From the NCBI RefSeq assembly GCF_009914755.1, contig NC_060934.1: a stretch of 64,000 nt of DNA, one strand, 5' to 3'. The notes beneath the pieces are model-generated. The model was not told the DNA's origin, ran no database searches, and saw only the letters and a program-made list of their open reading frames with translations. Positions 11,811 through 25,403 of the stretch are shown here, piece after piece. The position numbers were made by a program, and so were the translations under genes. Source of the stretch: the human T2T-CHM13v2.0 reference genome, Homo sapiens. How positions within the stretch are numbered: position 1 is the first letter of the stretch; each line of letters begins with the position of its first letter.

Positions 11811-12059
11811 GAATTAATGAAATGCTCAGCTTACATGAAGAGGGCAATGGGGAAAGAAAGGAGGAAGGGGAAAGGACCAGGGATGAGGCCCAGCATGTTG
11901 CCTGGGACCTGAGAGCACACCTCTTACAGGTGAAGAAGGGAGAGGTTGGGGCAGCTCACTATCTGCCTGGGGTGGAGGCAGAGGAAGAAGGCCCCAGCAG
12001 CAGGATGCTGCAGTTGGCACAGAGCCCTGGCTCCTGGCCTGGCCCCACTGCCACACGCT

Positions 12060-12675
12060 TGCCTGAGCTCATTCACCTTGAGAAACCTTATCTCTGCGCT
12101 TTTACCCCACCATTCCCTGTATCTGGAAGACTTCTTTTTCCCAAATCTGTACGTGGCTCACTCCATTCAGGCCTTTGTTCAAGTATCATCTTCTCCAAAG
12201 TGCCATTCACTGATTGCTTATTTAAAATAAAGAACCTGCCACCAACCTCACACTCATGCACTAATTCCTAAACCTTCTTTATTTTTGTTCATAAGAATTA
12301 TTGCTGTATGTAAAGTGTGGTCACACAGATACATATATACATACACATATGTGTATATGTGTAGGTGTATATATGCCTATGTATATGTACTTATATATGG
12401 TAGAGCAGATGTAAAAAGAGTAGACATATATGTATACATAAATATGTATACACACATATATACATAGATGTAGACATAGGTATGAGTGAGGTATTATAGG
12501 CAAAGGAGTAGAGAGAGAGAGAGATAATAGTTATAGAGATACATATATATATATGCCTTCCTAGAATGTAAGTTTCACAGGGACAGACATTTTATCTTCT
12601 TCCACCATCCTTTACCTAATGCCTTGAATAGTTTCCAAAACATCAAAGTGCTCATTAAATCCTTGTTGAAGGAAT
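12060..12675 (+). mobile_element. L2 3' end interrupted by a TA/TG-rich simple repeat (12325-12555)
   Basis: tagaatgtaagtttcacagggacag...gtgctcattaaatccttgttgaaggaat matches the L2 terminus. Confidence 0.75.
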
Positions 12676-12733
12676 ATTGTTACCCTTGTCCCCATTATTC
12701 CTAAGCCACACTGGTGAAAATGTTGATGGCCTC

Positions 12734-12775
12734 ATAAATGTAAATGCGCTCTCTTGGTGACTCTTGCGTGCGCTT

Positions 12776-12829
<54 letters not shown>

Positions 12830-12887
12830 GGACAGTCCAACAGCCCAACAGCATTCTGAGCAAAGGGTGAGGGCACAGTTGTAGCTT
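12734..12887 (+). repeat. Local duplicated module, copy 1: flank-(CT)n-ccag-GACAGTCCAACAGCCCAACAGCATTCTGAGCAAA-flank
   Basis: Both flanks recur at 13844-14519. Confidence 0.92.
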
Positions 12888-13843
12888 CCCAGGATAATTG
12901 GAAGCAGACGCAGCCATAGCACACTCTAAAGTTGAGAAAGTGGTTGTTTGGAGAATGGTTGAGCCCCAAGTGCCCTTGTATTTTTGTTGAGCAATCTGAG
13001 CTGCTGGGCACATTTTTACACAAAGGGTCAGATCCACACTTTTCAAAAACTCCACTTGAGAAATAGTAGGTGAACAAGGGTCACGATAATTTGAGTCCAT
13101 ATGGACCTCTTCAGTATGCGGAACTGGTATAAAATGTTGTGAAGCATTCTCACGGCCTTATGTGTAGTCAAGATTCAGAAATTCCCAGTGTTTGGTTCAC
13201 ATGTGATTTCCTTACTTATACTGAATTACCAAAGCTCAGAGGCAGCATTCGGAAGACCTGGTTGCAGCTGGCTGAGCTGGTCTGTCCCAGTTCTAGGAGA
13301 TAATGTTAAAAATTCACCTATGTATTGGCTTTGTGGCTCCAATAACTGCCTGATTTGGCTTTACCACAACCCACTGAGTTGGACAGGGAGGGCTCTTTGA
13401 GCTTCCCTTCTGTCACTGTGGAGCTGAAGTTCACAAGTGAGGGATGTCATTTGCCCATTTGTGTCCCTGTTAGGACGGTTGCCCCATATGGCCAGATACA
13501 TTCTTGGTCCTCACCTGTTGAGCTCAGAGGACAAATGAATGGTGTAGTTGAGCCTCAAATCTTTCCATTTTAACATAACAAGGAAATCTTTAATATTCTG
13601 CATGTTTTTCCTTTTCTCACTCACTCTGTCCTTCCACTTAACAATCCATTCCTAGACTCTGCACGACTATGCTTTAAGAGTTCCTACCATTTCCATGAGT
13701 CTGCGTCTCTTTAACAAGACAAAACCCAGGCTGAGAAGGGCAGAGAATCTCACTTCTTAGTAAGATTCCAGCCTTATTCTTAATGGGTATATCTGGGCAC
13801 CATTTATTTTTGTGGCTCTGCCAAACAGCTCTGTAGTTAATAA

Positions 13844-14427
13844 ATAAATGTGTAAATGCCCTCTCTTGGTGACTCTCTCACGTGTTCTCTCTCTCTCTCT
13901 CTCTTCTCTCTCTCTTTCTCTCCTCTCTCTCTCTCCTCTCTCCTCTTCTCTTCTCTTCCTCTCTCTCTTCTCTTCCTCTGCTCTCTCTCTCTCCTCTCTC
14001 TCTCCTCTCTCTCCTCTCTCTCTCTCTCCTCTCTCCTCTCTTCTCTTCCTCTCTCTCTCTTCTCTCCCTCTCCCTCTCTCTCTCTCTCCTCTCTTCTTTT
14101 CTCTTCTCTTCCTCTCTCTCTCTCCTCTCTCCTCTCTTCTCTTCTCTTCCTCTCTCTCTCTTCTCTTCCTCTCTCTCTCTCCTCTCTCTCTCCTCTCTCT
14201 CTCTCCTCTCTCCTCTCTTCTCTTCTCTCCTCTTCCTCTCTCTCTCTTCTCTTCCTCTCCCTCTCTCTCTCCTCTCTCTCTCTCTCTCCTCTCTCTCTCT
14301 CCTCTCTCTCTCTCCTCTCTCTCTCTCCTCTCTCTCTCTCCTCTCTTCTCTTCCTCTCCCTCTCTCTCTCTCTCTGTCTCTCTCCTCTCTCTTCTCTTCT
14401 CTTCCTCTCTCTCTCTCTCTCTCTCTG

Positions 14428-14459
<32 letters not shown>

Positions 14460-14519
14460 CAGGACAGTCCAACAGCCCAACAGCATTCTGAGCAAACACT
14501 GAGGGCACAGTTGGAGCTT
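13844..14519 (+). repeat. Local duplicated module, copy 2, with expanded ~575-nt CT tract (13886-14460)
   Basis: 34 bp after the tract (14463-14496) are identical to 12831-12864; left flank taaatgc.ctctcttggtgactct is shared. Confidence 0.92.
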
Positions 14520-16099
14520 TGGTAGCTGCAACTTGTGGAGGAGTCGATGAAGTTTACCAAAGTCCCTAAAAGCTTCACTAGTTCCTATACATTTGGGGTG
14601 TGTTCGACTTGATCATGCACATGGGTTCCTAGACTGTGTCTATAGAGGCTTTCAACATTTCAATAATCAATTTCCTTAAAAGGTCAATTCTTTCTTTTCT
14701 TATTCCCCAGGCAGGCTTCGCTGCTCACCAACCCCTCCCGCCCACCCCTACCTGCCCCACCCAACCCCCGGTTTTATCTTCGTCTCCAGCTCACTGCTCT
14801 GCACTCCTGAGGCTGTGTCCCTGTATGGAGTCTGGCTCCAGGAGATGGCCTGTGCCTCCCCCTCACTCCTACTGCCTACCAGACCAGGCCTGGTTTCTCC
14901 ACAGCCCATTTGGACTCTGTCTGGGCTCGGGGGCTCCCTGGCTTCTATTCCTCTTTGCCCAGGTTTCTGTTCGTGACAGCCTCACCTACCCTTGCAGCAT
15001 CCCCGAACACGGTCCAGTGAGTTATGCAGGCTGAGCATGCGGCGAGAAGTCAGTGCACTGGGCAAAGAACCAGTGTGGACACTTTCACTTACCACCTGCA
15101 GCATTTGTTCATTCCTAGTCACAGCACTTTCCTCATTACCATTTTTGTCATCTACTCACATATCCAGCACCTAGCACTTTGTACAAAATTTTCTGGTGAA
15201 GAATATTCAGCTTTTAAGTTTATTCCCAAAGGCCAGATCCTGTGCTTTAGAAAGATGATGAATTCAGGATGTTGTTATCTATGGGCTTTGGCCCATTAAA
15301 TATGATCTTTTTATTATCCTTAAGAAGGCAGAAATAAATAAACAAACACATGTCTGCTCCTACTTAGAGCTGGATGGCAAGTCTCTATAAAACAGCCCAA
15401 TGCAATCCTTCTTTTACTACGCAGTACTCAGGAAGCGCTGAGGCATTTCTCTATCATTAAATCCAACTGCCTGATTCCTCCCACTGGTCTGCAGGGCACA
15501 ATAGAGGCTCTGAAGGGGAAACTCTCTTCTCAGTCCTAATTCTATGCTCAGCCCGTCTCTACCGCATGCATACAGATAGGCCATCCATAGGGAACATGGT
15601 CTCCTGATACGAAGAGTGGGTGAATGGATGCCACTCATTCAAATAAATGCAATAATGGACTGTCACTGTGACTGAGTGCTTCAGCTAGCATGACCCACCC
15701 TCGGACTAAGATACCTGTGGCTTTGGAGATAAGAGGGTGCCAATGATGCCCACATGTGTTGTTCCCCAACCCCCCCACCCCATACTGACTCACACATACA
15801 GGCCCAGCTATTTCAGAATTCTGACTCTGTGACCTACTTACCCTCCTGTTTTCGGCCCTATTTCTGCTCTTTCATTTGGCTCCTCACGTAGGTCTTTCCA
15901 GTTCAGCCCGGAGTCTACAGATGCCTCCACCTTCTCTACTTTGCTGGCCAGAATAAGCGCCCAGCTCGGGTTGGCAGTACTAGCCTTCTTTAGCCATGCC
16001 TTTGTAAGGTAGGGGTTGGCCAGCTGGCCACTCGCCCATATTTCCAGGGGCATCCCATTACAAAGGAAAGGTGATTCCAGTAATAATGGCTTTTTTTTG

Positions 16100-17900
16100 C
16101 AACAGACCTGATACATCTTTTGGAAGCTATTTATTGTATTTTGCTTTGTAAACATTCCTTTTCCACTGATACAAGTAGTACAGGAATACACTCACGTGAC
16201 ACATTTCAATACCTCGACACAGTCCTCCATCCATCAGTGACTTAATATGGGTATATGCACATCTTCAGCTGTGCTCTTCATTGTGGGAACCACTAGCCAC
16301 ATGCAGCTATTTAAATGATTTAAAATTAAATAAAGTTTGAAATTCAACTCCTTACTCACACCTGACACATTTCAAGTACCCAAAGCCACACAAGGCTAGT
16401 GGCTCCCATATTGGACAGCATAGATTATAGGACGTTTGCATCATCTTAGAAGGTTCTGTTGGACATCACTAATCTATAGAAATACACTGCCCTGTGCTTG
16501 TGTGATGTGAAAGCCTATTTTTGTTTTGCATAAGTTTACTACATTGCATAAATCATATTGTAACTTTTTTGTCTCTGAATTATGTGTCTTGAAGATCTTT
16601 TAATGCCACTGCATGTGTATCACCCACATTCTTTTAGCATCTGCCATTTTTACACAAATTGAGTTTAGGTTATTTACTTTTTAATTTTATGTTTATTATT
16701 AAAAATAATATTATAATTAATATCCTTGCACATCCCTGTATCAGCCTTTTCATGAAGCTGAGTGGTTATTTTCCTAATAAAACTAGCAAGAAGTATAATT
16801 TCTAAGGCAAAGTGTATGCTAATTTTTAGTTATTACAGTTATTGCAAAGCCCTTATGTACCCTATGTATATCAATGTACCTTCCCACTAAACCACCCTGC
16901 TATCACTAATTTAATCAAACTTTGAAAATGTTGTCATTCTTGTGGTTTATAAATCATCTAATTGATCTTTTAAATGGGGTTCACAAAATGAAAAATTATC
17001 TTCTGTTTAAACATGTCTTATGTATTGAGAAACAGTCTTAGGTTAACCAGCAATTTGTATTATCTGTACTGTACTGTAAACAGCCTTCTCAAATGCTTTG
17101 CCCATTTTTCTATTTCTTGTTTGTCTTTGATTGAATAAAGGAAGTCTTTATATACTTAAAATATTGATCTTTTATCTATTACATATGTTATAAATATGTG
17201 TTTCTTGCATATATTAAACATTTTAAAGTAATAAGTCTATTACTATTTTTAACTTTTTAGAAATGTTTTTGATCTTACAGAGTTTTAAATTTTGATGTCA
17301 TATTTGTCAATCTTAATGAGTTTAAAATGCACTTCTTATTTTTGGCCTTTCCTACTTCTGAGTCATAAACATTCTGCCTTCTAATATTATTTTAGGTTTT
17401 TAAAAATTGTAGTTGTTTAACTGTGTAACCCATCTGGAATTTGTTTTTATGAATGATATTTGAAGTAGAGATTTAATTTATTTCCCAAATATACAGCTAA
17501 AAATTCCTACACTATTAGACTTGGTAGTCCATTTTTTCCCCACGGATTTTAAACGGTATTGCCATCATTTACTAACCACACACTTATATATAAATATGCT
17601 TGCACTTTCTATTTTTTATATATTTATCTATTCTTACCTATTGTTTTAAATTGCTTGCCTTTGTAATAAATGTTGATAGGTAGCAAGGACAATGGGTGTT
17701 TCTTTTCCTTTTTTAAATTGTCTCAGGAAAATGAATTTCAGAATGAGAATTTCACATTCCATAAAAAACATTGTAATGATCAATGAATTGCAATTATAGA
17801 TCCCTCAGGAAGGTATTGATATATTTATAGTATTGAGTTTTCTCATGCATGAAAATGATTTTTCATTTATTTAACTCTAATTTATGTTCTTCAGTGCAAT
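16100..17900 (-). mobile_element. Old L1ME-type remnant (interrupted by MER3)
   Basis: AT-rich antisense L1 motifs, e.g. ctttgcccatttttctatt, ccatctggaatttgttttt, atatttatagtattgagttttctc. Confidence 0.65.
16266..16470 (-). mobile_element. MER3 (hAT-Charlie MITE)
   Basis: ccactagccacatg...ggctagtggctcccatattggacagc...gttctgttggaca internal palindromic structure. Confidence 0.85.
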
Positions 17901-19099
17901 TTTTTAATTTAGGAAGTATTTTTTTCTTAAATATCTGGCTTTTCCTATTAGGGTTGGCTATTTCTAGATATTGGCTTATTTAATAAAGATAATAACAGGT
18001 TCAGGGCTATTGTTCACCAATTCAAAGCAAAATGTGGAAGCTAGTATGTGTGCCTTATCAAATTAAGAGGGGCAGACAGAGTAGAGGTTCCTATTTAGGA
18101 CTTAATTGTAAGAGCAGACTTTCAGAAAAGTTAATCATCACCCCTGCTGGGCCTCCTGCTTTACAATCTCAGCCCTGACAGGGCAGGATGAGGAACCTGA
18201 GACTTGGAAGTGGGGTGTCTTGGTAAGTGCCGGTGAGAACCTTGACCTGCATGATTTTCCTGAACCTGTTGGCCCACATTCCATTCTCCCTTGTTAGAAC
18301 ATGGTGGTGGCTCCTTGCTTAAGATTGTGCTGGGGATTCCATGTGATAGATGCTTTAACAGACAATAGTTATCCCCTCAGACTGTCTGGACCTCCCCTTT
18401 GCACTCCAGTCTAAAGACTAGGATGAAATCTCATCACAGCCCACTGGGGATTGCTGGCCCTGTGAAGGGTAGTAGGTGCCAAAGGAGCTCCAAACCTGGC
18501 TCACAGGCACTGGCAGGAGCCAGAGCGTGGACAGAGAGACTGGATCCTGAATGTGCTGGATCAAGAGAACTGGACCTGAAGTTGGATAAGAGAGAGTTTA
18601 TTGGAACGAAAGTACCATTCTCTGATACATGATTTAACTTCATGGTACAGATCCAAGAAGAAGTGTTTATAAGCTGCTAGGATGGAGCTTGGAAACTTGG
18701 AAAAAGCAATGGGCCACACTAAATGAAGTATAAATGCCAGAACTGGCATGGCAAATAGGTGAAAGGGATCAACAGGCTCAGAGAACTGGAAATGCCAGCC
18801 TTTATTAAATGAATCAATTGTGCTCAGAAACAGCCGCCCAACTTCTTAGGATTAACAGTTATCATTTCATCATGTTTCTTAAATGCCAGGGAAGTTGCAC
18901 TAGCGGTGCACTGCCTTGCACAAGTATCCCATCCCAGTTCACCACAGGCGAGAGCTTTCAAAATTGCTCTACCACTGTGTGCCCCGCTATCAGCACCACA
19001 CCTACCACCAGATGGGATTCTTGTTGCCAACCAACCAGTGAGTGACCCAGCTTCCAAATCCCTTTTTAAGGTCTCATTTCTAGGACCACTCACAGTACC

Positions 19100-19440
19100 A
19101 ACAATCTTACGGTGAATCCCCAGGAAACTGATGCTGAGATGAGATCTGCATGCAGAATGTTCGTTGGGGACAGCTTTCAGGAGATACACCTGGAGTGAAG
19201 TCAATAAAGGAGAAATAAGGGATGGAGAGGTTGAACTCAATAGAGCAGCAACTGATGTTTCCACTGTTCCCGTGGGCAGTTCAGAGCCAAGATGGCCCTT
19301 CAGAGTCACCTAAATGTACGCAAGGCAGCCATGCCTTTGATCCTCCACCATGACCAATCATTGGCCAGGGTTGCCCCCACCGTCCCCAGAGCAGACAAGA
19401 CCATCCCTGAGATTAGGCGCAATTCCCAGTGAGAGAACAC
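19100..19440. mobile_element. ERVL LTR remnant (LTR16/LTR33-like)
   Basis: ctgagatgagatctgcatgcag...gatggcccttcagagt...accaatcattgg resembles the recalled LTR16 consensus. Confidence 0.6.
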
Positions 19441-19469
19441 AACCCAGGATCCTGGACAAGCAAAAAGAG

Positions 19470-19680
19470 AAGAGTCAAAACGTGGTAAAATCCAAATAAG
19501 CTCTGAACTTTAGTTAATAGTATTGCTCCAGTTAATCTTTTAGTTTCTACAAATGTTCCATGGTTATATAAGATGTTAACATAATAAGAAGATGGGTGAA
19601 GAGGATACACCAACATCACATAGTACTATTTTTGCAACTCTTCTGGAAGTCTAAAATTATTTCAAAATTCTAAAAAATTG
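19470..19680 (+). mobile_element. L1MC-type 3' end
   Basis: ttagttaatagtattg...atggttatataagatgttaacat...tactatttttgcaactcttctggaagtctaaaattatttcaaaat. Confidence 0.8.
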
Positions 19681-20744
19681 TTGTAAAAATACATTGAAAA
19701 TAGAATTGAATAAATGAGAGAATGGAGTGATAAATTGTTATGCAATATTAGGAAAGACTTAAGAGGAATGTTTCCAATGTCAGTGTAGTCCTCAAACATA
19801 CTAATAAAGTAGTTTCAGTGGTTCAATTTTTAGTGGGTTGTGAAGTGAAAGGAGGTTAAAGAGGCCTAGATCTCTCTTTCTGAGAACTACATTTACAAGA
19901 GAAGATACGTGATATAGTTAAATGAAACAGTGTGTGCAGGCTGAAAGAGTTCTAGAGCACATGGTAAGGGTGGGAAATGATGTGCAAACCTCCTGACAGA
20001 GATAAAGAAGGCAATTGTAGCATTTGTCCTCAAAATTCACTTACAATTCAAATGTTTCAGGGGAATTTCCTTATGTTAATGTATCTCTTGTAATGTGGCT
20101 GAATGTACAAGGAAATTTGGATTTCCTCTACATAAATTTGATAAGAACATTCTATAGCTAACCTGTGTTTTTGACAAGTTCTATAATTAAGCTAATTATA
20201 ATAATAGCTTGATGGTAATCACTACAATAATAGCTAACATTTATTGAGTACTTGCTGTGTGTCAGCACTGTGTTAAATTACTTTAATTGTGCTCTTTCAG
20301 GGAAATTAAGAGACTTGCAGAATGAAAGAGCCACAGCAGGATAAACAATTGCCAGTCTCCCTTGTTGGGGACTGGCTGACTTTATAAAGCAAACAAGGCA
20401 TTCTGTAGTCACTCCAATGAGTGGGAGATTAGAATGAGAACGGCATTAGAAAGCACAGATCACATCTGGTCATGAGAAAGCTTCTCAAGACCTGTGTCCT
20501 CTGGAAGGCTAATTTATTTCCATTTATTAAATGCAGCTTTTCTTTCTGGAGAGGCAGTGCAAGGAATCTCTATACCTGAAATTTCCGTTTTTCTGTCCAC
20601 TTATTATAAACAGTGTCTTTGTTTTTGACCTTTCCACGAGTTCTGGCAAACAAGGGTGTGTCTAGAATGGTGTGCCTAAATTGCAAGTGAGGTGGTGCAT
20701 CTGAAATTCAGAGAGGCTCTGGGCACGTTAAAACCAGGTCAGGA

Positions 20745-21146
<402 letters not shown>

Positions 21147-21574
21147 TTAATATCTCTCCTGAGCAATGCTGGGTAAACGAGCTGTTTGGGATAGATAATT
21201 CCGAAATTGTATTTCCCACCTGGCTCTGTTCTCTCAAAATAAAAGGAGATTTCAACTCCTGGAGAAAGGAAGATAAGGAAATCTTTTTATAATAATATAT
21301 CCTCTATACATTGATGCTGCCTAATTGGCTAAGAAAAGTGAGAGAGTGAGTCCCTCTTCATTGGAGGGAGGGCCTTTCAAAAAGTCATCCACCTGCCCGG
21401 GTTAGGGACAAGCTGAAAGACAAATGCATGCCGCGAGTTTGGGAATGCAGAAAGGAAATGAACAGAAGGAGCATGCTTCCGCAGTAGAGAGTCAGCTTTT
21501 ATGTAAAAACTAGCACAGAAGAGACCAGGCTGAGCCTAGAGAATGATACCTGGTTCCATCTCACCTGGATTAGA

Positions 21575-22040
21575 TGGACTGCTGTAAAAAAAATCACACA
21601 AATTTAGTGCAGAACTAACACAGGGTTCTGTAAACGCAAAGCCTGACAAGGGTCTCCGTGGGCTAGAATTAAGGTGTTAGTAGGGATTTATTACTTCTGG
21701 GGGCTCTAGGGGTAGGTGCATTTCCCTGCCTTTCCAGCATCTAAAGGTGGCCATACCTCCTGGTCCCTTCCTGCACCCTCCAGGGCAGTAGGGTTGCACC
21801 CCTGACCCTACTCCTGGCTGCATATCGCTTTCTCTGACAACAGCTGGCAAAGATTCTTTGATTTTAAGGACTCATGTGGCTACATGGGGCCCACCCAGGG
21901 AGTCCAGGATAATTTCCTCACCTCAAGGGCTTTAACTTAACTCTGCAAAGTCCCCTCTCCCACTTAAAATGACCTGTTTACATACAGGTTCCAAGGATTA
22001 GGGTGTGCAAGTCTTGGTGGGGCCATTATTCCGTCTGTCG
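21575..22040 (-). mobile_element. MLT1 (C/D-like) MaLR solo LTR
   Basis: aaggtgttagtagg...ttttaaggactcatgtg...gggcccacccagg...ctgcaaagtccc...acaggttccaaggattagg. Confidence 0.8.
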
Positions 22041-25000
22041 CCTTGCCCAGTGTGAGTGCCATGCGGAGGTGATGGTGAGAATGAAAAGTGAGATAATTAC
22101 ATGTTGAAGACAAATAACTATGGTCTCTTGGTTTCATTACACCTGAGCCGAAGATGTCCTCTGAGTGCTCCAGGTTCATGCAGTGTATCTTACAGGACAA
22201 CACAGTCCAGATCCATCTGTCTGCGGAGGGTTCCTCTGGATTCTCCTGCAAACAGCCACTGCTGGAAGGTGCCGCTGGGACGCAGGTCCGGAGCTCGAGC
22301 GTGGGACGTCAGCCTTGCTGCAGTGGCTCAACTCAGAGCCTCCCAGCGCGGAGGGTGCAGGGACGAGGGTGAGAACCTAACAGCCGTGAGCGGGGAGCCT
22401 AGGGCGCTACCTCTCCCCTCCTGCCCTGCTGCAGGGCTCTGAGCTTTAGCAACTTCAGCGGTGTACCTATGCCTTCTGAGACTTGCTTCCTTCTGAGGCG
22501 CCTTCCCCAGGCCCTCGTGCCGTCTCCCTCGATGTTGAGAGAAATTTGTTACTTCCATTAGTTCTGGGCAAACAAGGGCCCACTAGTAGCTTATGTTTGT
22601 TTCTCTCTAGAGACAAAGCAGTCCAGGCCTATTTGCCCCTAAATAGATGTTTCAAACATGATTCGAATATTTTTTTAAAATTAATTCCTCTGAGTAACTT
22701 GATATTTCATACCCTAAAGACTTTAGTGTAAATATCTACGAACAAAGAACATTTTCCTACAGAACAAAATCTACATTTTCCACCCAATAGAATTAATGAT
22801 GATTCCTTTGTATGGACTAGTACTCAAATTCAAATTTCCTCATTGTCGAAAAATACCGTTATTGGTGTGTTCGACTAAACCAGATTTCCCAGTTCAGGAT
22901 TTCATTACTGCATTGGGCCATGATACAGCTTAAGCGAAAGACCCTGGGTTGTGTGGGATAGCGGAAGAGTTGCTGGCCTTGTTTGCACAGCACCGGGCTT
23001 CACAGAAATGCTCTTCGGGGTTTCCCAGAAGCTGTGCTTTAATCCCTATGACAGTGGAAGAGGCTTATATGTAGGACCTGAGTCTGTTTTAAAAAACAAT
23101 GAAGAAATGACACAACCCTGGTGGGTTGATCACCAATGGACAGTGAATTCTGAACATTATTGTTAACTCTTCAAACCCACCTGCAGTGAGTGTACTTCCC
23201 GAAAGCCACCCAATCTCAGGGTGGCAGGTGTTCTGTCTGGAGAAAAACTCTAAGGTGTCCATGTTTGTGTGGGAAGTGGGGGTGTCCTGAGGTGGCTCCT
23301 GGGGGTGCTCTGGGTAACTTTAGAAGAAACCAGCTGGTCTAAGGTCCTGGAGCAGCCTGTGGTGTGCACTGAGAGGTCAGGCCAGGCAGCATGGGGTTTG
23401 AGCAGAACTCCTGAGCACCTGGCGGGACTTTGAAGGCAGGAGCAAATCGAGCAGGGGATGGTGCTAGAGGGCAAGTTCATTCCAGGGTCAGAGGTGCTAA
23501 GAGATTTGCATTAAAAACCTTCTCTGAAGCAGTCTGAGAGGTACTTTGCCATGCCCATTGCAAAGAAATAAGGTGTTCCTGCATTGTTTTCTGGTCAACT
23601 CTTTCCCACAATGCTATTTCCAACCATAGAATGTGGAACTGATCTGAGAATTTGTTTTGCCAGAGATAAGGTTTCTGGGTGGAAGTTCAAGGCCCACTGA
23701 AAACATGCCAACCTTTGCTTCTTAGTCAGTGGTTTCTTGTTTATGGTGCCCAGCTGGCTGCTGAGATGAAAGCCAGGAACCAGTTTGCTCACAGGCAAGG
23801 CTGGAATGGACCTGAATGGATACTACTTAACCAAGCTCATCCACAGAAAGGGTTACTCTGTGGTTGAATCTTCCCCCAGAACCATCCCTACAGAGCCAGT
23901 TACAGCAGGACCTACAAGGCTGTCTGAGGCTCATGTCTCTGGGCCTTTGGGCAATTCCTTCTACACCCAGATCTCATTAGTCAGCCACAGCTGTGAGCGT
24001 GGTGGGAGAGTTGCTGCAGGGACACAAAGAAGACCAGGTCCTGAGCGAGGAGCTCCGCCCCAGGGAGGACAGCCTATCTGCCAGAGCATCCTGTGAGAGG
24101 ATGGCCCATAAGCTCCTTGTGGACCAGAGGCGCAGGGGAAGAGTGACCAGAAGGCTGAGCTCCAGACATGGTGACACAGACCTAAGGGCACCAATCACAG
24201 AGCGGCAGGTCGAATGCAGGGAGTGTGTCCAAATGAAGCAGTGGCTTGGAAGGGAGGGGCCAGACCCCCCCTGTCCTGGCCCATACCTGCAGGATTCAGT
24301 TACTGCCTTGGGAGGAAGAGGAGTGGGGACCACCAGAGGCCAAGACAGCAACTTGGAAGGGAAAGAACACTGTCTAGGAATCGAAGATGAGACCATCTGC
24401 ATCTCTCCCACCTCCAGCTGAGGACCTTGGGTGCAAGCCTCTGACTCCCCCAACCTCCAGCTTTGGAAGAATACCCCTTGTCAGCCTATCCCACAGGGAT
24501 GCTTTAGAGCATCAGTCGGAGGAAGGGCAGGCCAGCTCCCAGGCCCTATGATGGCCACACTGCAAATCTAAGCCTTACTATGGGATGCAGTACCAGCGGG
24601 ATCAGATGAACACCCCAGATATCTTTATCAGCCGTAACCTTCCCTGTCCTTCACCCCAAGAATAAACATAGGCACACACGCAACACATGCACACACACAT
24701 GCATACCATTTGCACAGATATATGCACAACTTACATGTGTATCCCTTTAGCATGCACTAAGTTTGACTATCTCAATGTGCTTTTGTGTGAGTGAAAGACA
24801 CAACACTAGGTTTGGTTGTGATTATAACATCAACGTGTGTGTGTATGCACCTAAACATAAGAGAAAGGTTTTACAAAGTAAGGATGTAGTCAAAAGTAAA
24901 TACTTGAGGCATGCATTCTACTGTGAATAATGAAAGGAAAAATAGTGCCAAAAATAATTCTAAGTGCAGCTCATTTTCAACGGACAGAAGAAGCCAGGAA

Positions 25001-25403
25001 TAAAGAGATTACAGATAAAGTGATACTCTCCACTGGAATTGGATGGTGCCCATAAAATCTGTTTCTTATACGCTCTCAAGCTATGATACCTAGAATCTTT
25101 ACTTTCTGCTTTTGACATTTGTAAATGAATTGTTTACAGCTATGAAGCCTTCAAATGCTTATTATTTGAATTAATAAGGTGTTTACTTTTCAATAGAATC
25201 TCTACTGCTCTTTCATGGGCTTTGGACCAAAAGTTCCTTCTGAGTGCCAACTAAGACTGAAGAGACAACAGTTTCAACAGTTAAATTAAAAACGAATGTA
25301 CATTTAGATAGTCCTTGAATCCTGCTAGCAGGAGTATGGATAAGTATTATCTTTCTGGAAAATAATCTAAAATAGCCATCCAGAGACTTAAAATCTCTAT
25401 TTC

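Noticed and set aside
13837-14531. Long ORFs (206-225 aa) rich in ER or SL
   Set aside because: Translations of the CT tract, which cannot contain stop codons; no coding evidence
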